64,000 bases of DNA from contig NC_134025.1 of the NCBI RefSeq assembly GCF_964204645.1, positions 24,842,299 through 24,906,298 of the forward strand, written 5' to 3'. Both the position numbers and the translations under genes were made by a program. Below are positions 52,466 through 64,000 of this stretch, piece after piece. The notes beneath the pieces were generated by a model, which worked only from the letters and a program-made list of their open reading frames with translations, had not been told where the DNA came from and searched no databases. Source of the stretch: Tubulanus polymorphus. Taxonomy: Eukaryota > Animalia > Nemertea. Numbering within the stretch: position 1 is the stretch's first letter; each line of letters begins with the position of its first letter.

Positions 52466-55400
52466 TGTGTAGGAAATTTCTATTACCACATTTTCTCCCT
52501 GTGGAAAATATCTTGCTGCGGCTACTTACGATGGAGGTATTTTCATATGGTGTACCGAGACAAGAAAGTGTCTGTTGAGGTTCGTATAATTTACTATTTA
52601 TCTAGATTTTGAAGATCTAATTTCACTCTTGAGTATTCTTTGTATACGTTCATAGGGACCGGCATCCTAAAAACTTGACAATATGTGCTTTGAAATGGAA
52701 TCCTAAGGGCAATCAAGAAATTGCATTTTGCGATACAGAGGTAAGATTTATTATAAGACCACAATTATAGGTTTGCATAGATCATGCTGCTGATATTTTG
52801 TATGAGTTTGCTTTTTCTTGAACAGGGTCAATTTGGAATTTTGGAGGATATCAGATTTGATAGTGAAAACAATGAAGATGAAGTAAGTATAAGATACCTT
52901 TTTAGAAAACTTTAGATTTATTCGATTGATAAGATATTGTTTAATTGATAGGCTGAGGAAGGATTAACTGCTGAACAGTATGCCAGTCTGTTCGCTGAAG
53001 ATGATGACGATGATGACAATATGGTCATACCATCGCTGAGTAAAGGGAAGAAAGTTGTAAATGCAGATGGTGAAGATGATGATGATGACGATGCATCGAG
53101 CGTAGTTTCTTTGCAGCGACTTAAACAAAAATATCTTCCAGAAGATGAAAATTCAATGGGTAAAGTATTAAAAAGTGTTAATGCTGGGATGTCTGCTTCA
53201 CCCAGCTGATTTTATATATTGCACTTTTTGTACCTTGTACCTGCGCATGGTAAAAATTTCTGAATTGGAATGTTTATTTCGTCATAGATGTAGATAGCTT
53301 GTTCAAGGCTCCTGAAGATGAAGCAGACAATGTTTCTGAACCTGTAATTGAAGAGAAAGTCAAAACAGTAGTAGTTGATGGATACAAACCAACACCTTTA
53401 CAGCGGCCTTTTCAACCTGCATCGACATCAGCCGGTCTTTCACAGAGATTCATGGTAATCACATATTAATACCTCTTGGGTGCAAACTTGGAATCAATTT
53501 GTGCTTATGCCTCTGACATTCTACTGAAGGTATGGAATTCTGTCGGCGTAATCAGACAATATTCAACGAACGAAGAAAATTCGATAGATATCGAATTTCA
53601 CGATACAGCTACTCATCACGCTATGCATATGTCAAATGATCTGGGTCATTCAATGGCAGATATGTCGAAAGAAGCTGTAATTCTAGCATGTGTGAGTGAT
53701 GATGAAACACTGAGGTAAGTATAAGATGCATTGTACTGTCTTAATGTATAAAAGTGCATCGTTTGAACTTCTGTTTGATATTTTTTGCTTTTCACAGTAA
53801 ATTGGTTTGTCTACACTTCTCCTCATGGGATAATTCAAGAGACTGGTCTATTTCTATGCCCAAAGGTGAAGAAATACAGGTATATTGAACAGTTTTGATA
53901 TTGAATACAGATATTGTTTACAAACGTTTATCTGATAATCTATTCATAAATATGGTGTTGCAGTGTATTACTTTGGGTAGTGGTTGGATAGCAGTTGGAA
54001 CCGATAAAAGACATGTGCGTATCTTCACAATCAGTGGAATACAGTGTCAGATATTTAGCACACCGGGACCGATCGTGACATTAGCAGCCCATGGTAATCA
54101 ACTAATGACTGTGTTCCACATAGGACAAGGTGTGCCAGGCGATCAGAATCTCGGAGTTAAACTTTTACAAATTAGTCGTCTAGCTTCCAAACCATTACCG
54201 ATTGGGGAAGGTTTACCCATCAGTCCAAAGTCCACCCTAAGCTGGATCGGGTAAGCAAATTAAGCTGATGGATACATGACAATCCTTACACATAGAATTA
54301 ATAGCTAATAACCATTAACTCTGAAGATCTGATTGATTGTTTTGTTAAAAAGTTTTTCAGCGGAACGTACACCATTTACTGTAGACTCTGCTGGTGTTGT
54401 GAGAATGTTAAACAGGAAATTTGGTTTGACTTGGATACAAGTGGCAAACTTCAAAGATCATGTAAGTTCTACAACTGTTTTTGCTTCAATATATTACTTT
54501 AATTTTCCAGATCAATACTAGTAATATTTCTTTCCATTTCAGACAAAAAATCGTTCGGATAGTTATTGGCTAGTCGATGTGTTAGAAAACCCAGCACAAC
54601 TGCGGTGCATATTGTGTAAAGGCAGCACTTTTCCGACCATGTTACCCCGACCTGTTGTACAGATCCTGCCATTTCAAATTCCTCTTTGTGAGTTGGAAAC
54701 TGAAAAGTCACGGCTCGAGGTATGACAAATTCGAAAATTTGGCGTTTAGGCATGATGATCGTACCAACTGAATGAATATGTCATGATTAGTTGTATTTGT
54801 TTTTGAAGGAAACCTACTGCAAATCTCAGCTATTCAGTAGCCATTTAGATCGATGGATGTCCTTAGGACTAGATGAAGAAATGGTCACTATGAGAAAATC
54901 AAGTGCTGAAACTACCGATAGAGAATGTTTAATGAAGATGTTTGCAGTGAGTGAAAGGAATCCCAATAGAACAGAATATCGTATCTGCTTCTATTTGCAT
55001 GCAAATATTTGATACGTTTTTTAGTTGGCTTGTAAATCAGACCGAGAATTCCGCGCTACAGAAATCTGTGATTTGATGCCTGACCAGCAGACGGTACAAT
55101 TAGCAATCAAGTACGCTAGTCGCCTTCGGCACTTGATGTTAGCCCAACGAATTAGTGAAATTGCCAAGCGGAAAGGTGAAGAGGAGGAAGCCAGATTATT
55201 TGGAGATGCACACGCAAATGATGACGATGACGAAAATTTCAGAACTGGCATTGATAATCAGTAAGAATATTTTAGATAATTTCTAGTCTGAACTTTATCA
55301 GTTTATTGCTTATGTTGATTATTTTTTTGTCGCAGACATAATACAGTCGATAGTGAATGGTCGAGCAGAAACGGCTATGGCAAAGGTCTTAGTAATGAAG

Positions 55401-56625
55401 AAGAGGAGAATGAAAACCTTGAAGATACAATGGAAGAGGAAGAAATTAAATCTGGTATGTACTGTTATTGTTAGTATTTCTCAATGAAATTTGAAACATT
55501 TCCTATTATTATTACTACCGTATGTCATAATGTCAAACTTTTGCTTTTGACTTGTATTTCACATTCAAAATGACTGCTTGGTCCTATATATCTCATTCAA
55601 TTCAATTACAGCCCCCATGTTGATGGTCAAAGAGAAGAAGCCAGAGCTGAAACCTACTCTTTCACAAATTTCCAGAAAAAACCCATTTAAGGTACGGTAG
55701 GATGTTACTTAGGTTTTAGAAAATAACGATAGTGTACAGGAGAATGTATTAAACTTACTACAACTGTGGTTACCGGTACTCAATTCCAATACTTTGCAGA
55801 TGTCTCAACCCAAAGAATCAGCAACCCGTGGCACTAGTGTTTTTGACAATATGAAACCAGAGAAGAAAGCTGCATCTAAAAATATATTTGGAAAGCCTTC
55901 TGAACCATTAATCGTTCATAAGAAAATGATCAAGAAAAAGGTACAATTGAAGTAATGTTATAATCGACAGAGTCCCTGATAGTTTCAATCATCTGTTAAT
56001 AGATCTTTGGTTTCTTTGATTTTTAGCCCAGTGCGCAAATGACAATTTTTTCATCCAAAGCCAAAGATAAAACAGCTTCCGAGGTCAATGCGTCTGATAC
56101 TGAAAAAAAGAAGTTAGTCTAAAAAAGTTTCATGCAAAATTTCTGCTTGTGAGTTGAACAACAATCTAGAGTATCATCTTATTTTTCAGACCAATTTCTG
56201 CATTTCAATTGTGGTTGGATGAGAACAGACCTTCCTTGGAAGAAGAGCACCCCCATTTGTCCGCTGATGATTTGACAAAACTTGCTGCTCGGAGTTTCCG
56301 TCAACTTACCAAAGATGAACGAAAGGTGGGCACATCTTTTCTCTCAGATTCATGTTCTCTTGCATTGTTCTTAATACTGGAATATCCCCATGTGTCTTCC
56401 AAAATATAGGAGTGGATGGACAAAGCAAAATCCATGAATAGTACTGAGGAAGACACAAAGAAAAGAAAGAGGGAAGATAATGACATGGAGAATAAGGAAA
56501 TAGAAACCGAGATAGTCGACGATCAACCTAAGAAAAAATCCAAAGACTCATTAAGTGAACCTAAAGAACCTCTCAGTCAGCGCGTGAATTCAAAGTTATC
56601 AGGATTTGCTTTTGACAAAAGATAG
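50972..56625 (+). CDS. WDHD1: WD repeat and HMG-box DNA-binding protein 1 (AND-1/Ctf4)
   Basis: Starts MAATKKPLRFAHSEGHTDLCY...TCGADGDVRVW. WD40 repeats, then the SepB region (LQRPFQPAST...RFMVWNSVGVIRQY...SIDIEFHD), ACKSDREFRATEIC...LAIKYASR, HMG box FQLWLDENRPSL...FRQLTKDERKEWMDKAK, ending KLSGFAFDKR*. About 25 short exons. Confidence 0.96.
52435..52462. repeat. (AT)n microsatellite in a WDHD1 intron
   Basis: About 14 uninterrupted AT units just before an acceptor site. Confidence 0.9.
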
Positions 56626-57844
56626 ACTTTGGATAAATCCGGTTATGGTCTCGAATGTTCATGTCTGTGCACAGATATTTAATTTGTCTGCAATTGTAAA
56701 TTTTCAGATTGTCAATATACAATATATATGTACTATGTAGAATAAAGTATTGAAATATAATGTATAATGCACACTGCGTTATTTTTGGTTATGTTAGTGG
56801 AATATACATCTGGGATAAGCATTCACTCCATAGGTTTTTATTGCCTCCAACTTCATAAGATATCCTCTCCGTATTTGGAGTGGTACTGTATGCTGTGGAA
56901 CCTGCTTCAATACCAGATATACACATGAGAATTTCAACGGGCCTTTCAGAATTCTCGGTTTTTATGCAGCATATAGCAAAGGTACGTGTAGTTGTCATTT
57001 GATTCGATGAAAGGTGGAACATCTGACTGGCAAAGAATAATCACTTCTATGCGAGACTGCATCGAATCAAAGAAGAACCATGTTTGAAATGTTATTAAAT
57101 CACAGTTTATTTAGTAGTTATAGTTTTTTACAGAAGCACTTAATGCATAAAATCATTACAACTAAACACTCCTTTTCTTTCATTCACATAACATTTGTTA
57201 ATAAACCCACGCCTTGTAGCATACCCCATAGTAAAGTACAAGGAACATAGACCTTTCAATGGCAACTGGACCTGATGAAATATCCACAACTAAAATATAA
57301 ATTACGCACCAAAATGATTTCCAGGATACTTTTCATTTGTTATAATTAAGTCACATAATTTTCAGATTCTTGAATTTTTTTAGATATACCATGTACCTAT
57401 GTTGTTTGTTAGCATTAAATGGGTACAAATGATTCGCATTCATTAAATATGCCCAAGATATTCCGCGCTGCTATTTCTCCTCTAGCCTCCTGGTAGCCGA
57501 TAAGTTTCTTTTGGAAAATATACATTTTTTTCTCGGAATTCTGTACATTTGTGAAATATATACACGCATTGAGAGAGAAGGCGAGATACTTTGTTTATTT
57601 CTCTAGCAGTATTTCCTAAAACCGAATCCAGGCAGAATTTTAACAAAGCAGAATGAATCCCAAATATTTTGTGCGCTATTTACATATCATACAACTGTAA
57701 CAACTGGATGAATCATCAATAGTAACCGTGCAATTGTATAGACCGGATGTAGTAGTATACACATTACAAGCATTATTTTGAAGCCACCTCGAGCTGATGG
57801 CTACCGAATTGGTAAGCAATATTCCAGTAAAGGAGTTCTTAATT

Positions 57845-57947
57845 TCAGTCAGAATCTGAACCAGCTTCTGAATTGTGTTCCTCCATTTCAACATTATTAT
57901 CATCACCACCCTCTTCATCATCCATATTACCATCTTCATCATCGTCG

Positions 57948-57981
<34 letters not shown>

Positions 57982-60900
57982 ATTCATCCCAGTTATCCTA
58001 CAATGCACAAGTTTTTATATAAACATAGGTTTGACAGGTGGACATTACGGCCAGCCATTTTGTTGAAATCAACAACCGACGCTGGTTTTACCTCAGAATC
58101 TGAAATCATTTGCATCATCTCAGCATCCATGTCTTCATCTGAACTTTCTGAAAATCACAATAATACGAAGAATGAAAATAAACTAATTACGCATATACAC
58201 AAATAGAATGAGATCTTCAGTTTAATTCAGAATGTTTGATAAGTTTAAGTACATTCACTTCAGGGCAAGAGTGAAAGTTCAAAATGTATAGAAACGCTAG
58301 AGGAAGATGGTAAAAATAGACATGCTTTATTTTACGAACAGACTATGAAGGAATATTGCTATTTACTTACCATCTTGATAAGCTAATAGCGCAGGCTGCT
58401 GCATAGAAACTGCGTCTTCTTCCTCCTCCTGTGATGTGATCTGTAATAACAAGTCGCGCTATATGAAACTTGGGCACTACAAATTGAAAATATAAAGCTT
58501 TCCCATGTCTCAGCTCCAAAAACAAGAACATTTCTTATGACAACTTACTTGCGATAGCATCAGATCCAATTTGCCTTGTAATTTCGAAAGTCTGGTAAAC
58601 ACGGACACTCTGGCATCCATCATTTGATATAAAGAACTTAGCGTTTCCACTATTTCAGGTACCTACAAACAAATTCAAAGCGTATTGGATTGTGAATTGA
58701 ACTATGGTATTTTCGGAAGGTTTTTTCACTAAGAGAAAAATTAACTTACAGTCATTAGATACGACGCATGGATTGTGAGCACCATTTTCACCCATGTCAC
58801 CAAAACCTGCCCGCTATAATCAAATAAGAAACCGTGTTAGCTACTCTATGAATGACATATACATGTACCGTACTAAAAAGACAAACCGATTAGTAACCGT
58901 TTATGGCGGTAATCCTATTACCTTTGTGAATGTCCATGCATTCTCTTTGACAGCTCTTTCACTAACGGGACGATGGCTTGAACTGACAGTCGCTTTACCG
59001 TATTTCGAATCAATGTTTCATTCCTATTTTGTAAAACGTTCTGCAAGGAAACAACACAAGAAGTCAAAATCTCGTTATATGAAGCTATTACTCCTGAAAA
59101 GAAGTCATTTTATGGATAAATTCTAAATTCACTCCCCTTAAGATTTTCAGACTGTACTTACATTTAATATTCGGCTATCATGACTAAGTAAACCTTGCAT
59201 TAGGAGCAAAGCGAGCGCATCTACTTTAGGTGGATGGGTTTTATCAGAAATTCCAGTAGTTTTATCCATTCCAAGCGCATGTAATCTGTCTTCAATCGTT
59301 AACTGAAAAACGAAATTGAGAAATATGATATAGGAACCACTAATAATAAATCATAGCAAAATACCAGTTAGGTTTGATACCAGAGTTTATCATCAACTAT
59401 TCAATTGATTGGACCCACAACTGTAGAAATTGATCATATAAACTACTTCAAAAATTACCTCAGTTGAGTTTTTCCTCTTTTTCTGTTTTTGTTTTGATTT
59501 ACCGGCTTCCGCCGATGAACTAGCGACCATTGGCGCCATATGACCAGGAGCTAGGACAGTAATTTCGTTCGATGTATCCGGTATTTTCACCTTCGTTACA
59601 TCGTGCATAGTTACTTCTTTTGGTTTCACTGACGTTTCCCTTATCAAACAGACATCGGATTCCATTGTTTTGTATGGCTAAAATGGAATGAAGTTACCGT
59701 ACAATACAAGGAACTACAAAACATTTCCGCTCAATTTGATCCCGAGATACATACCACTTTCTCGAAAACAGGTTTCAGATAGTTGCCATAAGCTATGAGA
59801 ACATTTTGAACCCTGTCACCGCATAAATATACGGCTAGGATTGGAATTGGGACAGGTATCGCATCTTGACCATTACTGGCAATCTGTAGAGATACTTTGG
59901 GCGAAATGGGCTTTTTACATTTCCTAGAATGAAGAAATCATTACAATCAGATTACACCATCAAAAAGCATCTTATATACTTGTGACATTAAGAAATAGAA
60001 GAAATCAAGAAAATATAGAAATCAAGCATACATACCCATTTAGCACATGTTCGTATATAACCATCTGACCAGAATTTGTGATTGCCGTCATTAAAAGAGA
60101 CTGAAATTTTAAACGAAAACCAAACCATTTTTAGAATGAGAGATTTTGATAACATCTACACACTTGAAATACTTTCAAACTAATAAAATAGGATAAAGAT
60201 TAGTACCTGACTTTTCTCATGATTGGAAATAGTAACTGACGATGGTTCATCAGGTAATGAAAATGAAGCAGTCGCATTCTTGTCTCTTGATGATAAATTC
60301 ACATGCCTGTAAACAATCACAAATAAGAAATTGGATACATATACGTAGAATAGCATCCCCACTAAAGATCTTTCAAAACTTCCTCTCCATTTCTTACCAA
60401 GCATTAAGCAGTCGGTCATCTCTCGCACCAGATAAAAAGTATGTACCGTTGACTGTTGCACCATTCGTCATTCCACTGCTTGGAATTACAGGAACGCTTA
60501 ATAAACTGAATACTTCACTAGCGTGTCCAGTAAACGTCTAAAATTCAGACAGTAAAATAAGACACTAATGAGTTTCAAAACTTAGAAAACTTCAAACCTA
60601 AAGCTGTAACTTACTTTTAACACCTCTTTAGTGTTCAAGTCCCATAATTTAATTGACCTACTGGCAGTTAATAAATGCATTTCATCCGATGTAAGAGATA
60701 GTGAATAGATAGGACCCTTATCGCCTTTCCATTTTCTGAAATGACACAATGATGATCTTAGCAAGCTGAAGTGCATTGAACTTGAATCATTCACAAGGAT
60801 GAGCTTTACCTTTTTACTTTTACTGTAGATATGTCCCATTCTACTATATGGTTATCATTTGAACAACTATATAAAGTGTCTCCTTCAGAATTCCAACATA

Positions 60901-61940
60901 AGGAATTCACACGGTCTGTGTGCCCTTCACTCTGCAAAACCAAATCAATAAATAATCACTTGTACTATACCGCAAGATAATGGAAGGATAGTTCTACCAA
61001 TTGTTCTTCCAAGTGCATATGTTATAAATCCAGAATTCTTTTAATAAATCCAGATATCTTTGGTAAAAAATTCCCCGCTATATTGGGGCCAAGAACCCTT
61101 AAGTAGCTTATTAACCAACTAATTAGATTCCACTAATTAGATTCCAATGGACAGAAATATGGAAATCAAACATATTTACCAACTGACTCTGTACATCTGC
61201 TTTTTGTACATTATATAAGAATATGTTTCCAACTATGGTGCCTAAAGCAATAACATCAGTATCAGTAACAACTTCTGGTGTCTCTGCCAATGATTTCCGT
61301 TTCTTTTTCTTCCTTAGAGGAGTATCCTGAAACAAATTATTCTGTTAGCTTCAAATGATGACCGAGTGGTGACAACTAGTGGCCTTGAAATGGTACCCTC
61401 TTCAAGTATTCTTGAAAAAATGTTTGTTATTGTCACCAAATTTTTCTACGCACATACGATACATCGTCTCATTCTAGCACAAGTCGACACTCCGAAAAAC
61501 ATACTCGTAACTCGTGAATACGCAACCACCCAGCCCAGCAACAAGCATGCTCCAGTAATTCACAAAAACATCATTCAGTGCATATCTATCAGCAATTAGT
61601 AAATTACTATCAACAGGCTTTTATAATGTGGGCATCTATAATCTAGTGATACATTTTAGAAAAGCGAAGTTAGCCGGGTACAGTCAACAAGAGGCGATAT
61701 ACGACAAACCACACAACCTGCCTGGAACCAACCAACAACCGAATCGAAATCTGATCTTACTTTCGATCGTTTGTACGTCGTCCACGACAGACAGGTGCAC
61801 GTGGCAGCTAAATGCGCACTCGGGGTATATTCTTGTGAAAGTGTTCCTGTTGCCGTTTCCCATAATTTCAGTACACCGTCCGGTCCTGAATAGGCGAAAT
61901 AACTTCCATTCGGCGAGAAAGTTTGAACCTTCGACGCCAT
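57845..61940 (-). CDS. WDR43: WD repeat-containing protein 43 (UTP5, SSU processome)
   Basis: MASKVQTFSPNGSYFAYSGPDGVLKLWETATGTLSQEYTPSAHLAATCTCLSW; LLTASRSIKLWDL...FTGHAS; Utp12-like region LLMQGLLSHD...LYQMMDARVSVFTRLSKLQGKLDLMLSQ; acidic tail DNWDELD(D)n...GSDSD* with stop at 57845-57847. Confidence 0.94.
57936..57978 (-). repeat. Coding (GAT)n trinucleotide repeat encoding poly-Asp in the WDR43 tail
   Basis: (CAT)n on +, in frame as about 13 Asp codons on -. Confidence 0.9.
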
Positions 61941-63113
61941 TTTACTACACGTGGGTCACAGCGCGCCTGCGCGAGGTCTACCGTACACAATAAAACACGG
62001 AAAAGGCACAATTTTCCAAAACAATACCGATTACGCGTTTTATCGCTGACCTCATTATTCACTTCCGGTAGCAGAAGTCACAAGATTTCGAATCTCTGAA
62101 ATTTAGAGCAAGTTTTATGGTTTTATCGAAGCTTTTTATGCGTATTTTATCGTTTTAACCGAACTGATTCGATTTGAGACACACGTTCAACGAATCGAAA
62201 AACGTAGAACAACCTCAGAATTGATCGAGGAAGCTGAAAATACAGCAAATATCATCATCGCGCGGCCGAACGTTTGAAGTTTCTTCACCAGAACCGACGC
62301 CATCTATCCACCGTATTGCGAATTAATTATGTTTTGTTTATGTCAAGTTTGACACATGTTGATGACTTGTTTTGGCCAATCATACACACGACGCACAGGT
62401 TATGGTAAGTAACAATGCTTATATTTGGGTCTGGGCCTGATAAGTTGTCATGACTTCAATTGAAAAAACCTCTATCCAACATTCAAAATTAACTCATTTG
62501 TGTTTCTGGTTGTACTTGCTGCATCCATATATATGCGCAACAGTAGCTGGTCTGTGTCGCACAGAATACGGCTAGGAATCCCTCAGTATATGGTTGGCTG
62601 ACTGTTGTCGCTGTGAGGTGATTCCAATCAACTGTTTAGATCTTTCTGACTTGTTCTGCAAGCAACGCAGCGAAAAAGATTGCTGTGAACTTGTGAAGTT
62701 TGAACTTTGATTTGCTGTGTACCGACTGAAATATGAACAGCGATTCTGAAATTTGTCATTTGTTATTTATTTGAATTCATGGAACGCAACTGATTTGTAG
62801 AATTATGTCGCTTAGGAAAATCGAGGATAAATTTGATATTAAGAATGATTGTACTGTTAAATATAGCCCTCTTCTGAAATGGAAAGAGGTAGGCACCTAA
62901 ACAAGGATGAATGAGGAAATTGACAACATGTCTATATTGAAATTCTAGAATAATCAGAAATTCAATGATCATTAAGCTTCATGATTTCTTGCGAAGAGAT
63001 TGGGCATTCGAATATTTTTAAAGTCAAAGTCTCAATTCTCGTGTTTAGTTTTAGTTGAAATCTTCTTTGAATCTTTTAGTTGTTGTTCTTTCATTTTGAT
63101 GTTGGATATTCAA

Positions 63114-63292
63114 TACAGTTGACCCTCAATTATCCGGCACTCTTGGTGGTACCCATATGGATAATTGAAGGTGGCAGATAACTGAGTCATTTTAGTTGTC
63201 TATGAACTAAGTTTATGTAATCGGGAAATTAAATTTTGGGTGAAAACATTGGCAGATAACGAATGAATGACGGATAAATTGGGCGTTCACCT
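63114..63292. mobile_element. Degenerate Tc1/mariner-pogo (Tigger-like) MITE remnant
   Basis: TA-CAGTTGACCCTCAATTATCCG left end, a degenerate inverted copy CGGATAAATTGGGCGTTCACCT, and internal GGATAA/CAGATAA repeats. Confidence 0.4.
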
Positions 63293-63373
63293 AGCTCACT
63301 AAATTTCAACCGTTTGTTTAGTGATCTTTGTTATAACAATGTTTAGGATTCGTTGTTGAATCGTTTATCTCAG

Positions 63374-64000
63374 ATGGGTTACACCGATGATACTATGGCT
63401 GAAGACGACGCTTTCGATGAAAATGCGCAACTGAATTTTGCGACCAGTACTCCTCTGAAGAAAGGCTTTCGGCGGTACAGCGAACCTGCAATACCAACGA
63501 ATCGCCGATCAAGTGAGAGTGACCCTTTATTAGCCCCTGCTGATGATTACGAACCTAAAGGTGGACCACCAGATAGGTCAGTCAGAGCATTTTTTCTTCA
63601 AAAACTTTGGCATCTCCTATTTAATTTGGTTTCTCTACCATTTGTGTCCATTTGAAAATACTATTTCATGAGTTTTTCAGATTTCACTTGGTGTATATAC
63701 TATTCTATGTACTAGGCATTGGTACGTTGTTACCATGGAATTTTTTTAGCACTGCCAAAGGAGTAAGTATATATATCGATGAAATATTTTAGATTCTTCA
63801 TTTATATTCTTCATGTGATCATTTTATATTTCATTCAAAAATTTTATTCATCTTTTTCAGTATTTCCTTTATAAACTCAGGAACACTAGTATTCCAGTAG
63901 CAAATGCTACAAATCCAGACATGCTCAACAATCTTCAAATATCGTTTGAAAGTTATCTAGCCATCGCTGCTATGGTACCAAATATTTTATTCCTGTTTCT
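63374..64000 (+). CDS. SLC29A3: Equilibrative nucleoside transporter, ENT3-like; 5' part, continues past the right edge
   Basis: Exons 63374-63576, 63681-63762 and 63861->64000 give [39 protein letters not shown]...FESYLAIAAMVPNILFLF. Long hydrophilic N-terminus with ESDPLL dileucine motif. The family is secure; the paralog assignment is an inference. Confidence 0.85.

Noticed and set aside
57676-58206. Poly-His, poly-Met and poly-Ile ORFs
   Set aside because: Alternative frames or the antisense strand of the WDR43 poly-Asp (GAT)n exon.
57845-61940. Intronic C/D snoRNAs (vertebrate WDR43 hosts SNORD53/SNORD92)
   Set aside because: No properly spaced box C/box D pair with a recognisable guide was found by eye. 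An Rfam covariance search would be needed to exclude them.

Overview
Eukaryotic, intron-rich, AT-rich, gene-dense animal DNA, probably from a marine invertebrate (the species cannot be determined from the sequence). Hand-splicing at GT-AG sites supports 11 protein-coding genes: a PLEKHG1/2/3-type RhoGEF (-, runs off the left edge), BPNT1 (+) with a Myb/SANT-like gene nested antisense in intron 4, a small unnamed RING + TRAF-type zinc-finger gene (+), TRAPPC6 (-) with a tRNA-Lys(TTT) in its last intron, VTI1B (+), KLHDC3 (-), SOCS4/5 (-) head-to-head with WDHD1 (+), WDR43 (-) and an ENT3/SLC29A3-like transporter (+, runs off the right edge). The most unusual structure is a 3.8-kb non-coding element with perfect 60-bp hairpin-forming terminal inverted repeats. 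It encloses about 13.4 copies of a ~190-bp repeat that reuses the TIR palindrome and carries a YY1-type motif, and it sits almost exactly midway between the divergent TRAPPC6 and VTI1B start codons. Also present are a 254-bp foldback in an intron, a TIR-bounded cassette with telomere-like repeats plus a tRNA-like Pol III promoter, and several small MITE-like remnants. Gene names come from recalled similarity to human proteins, not from database searches.
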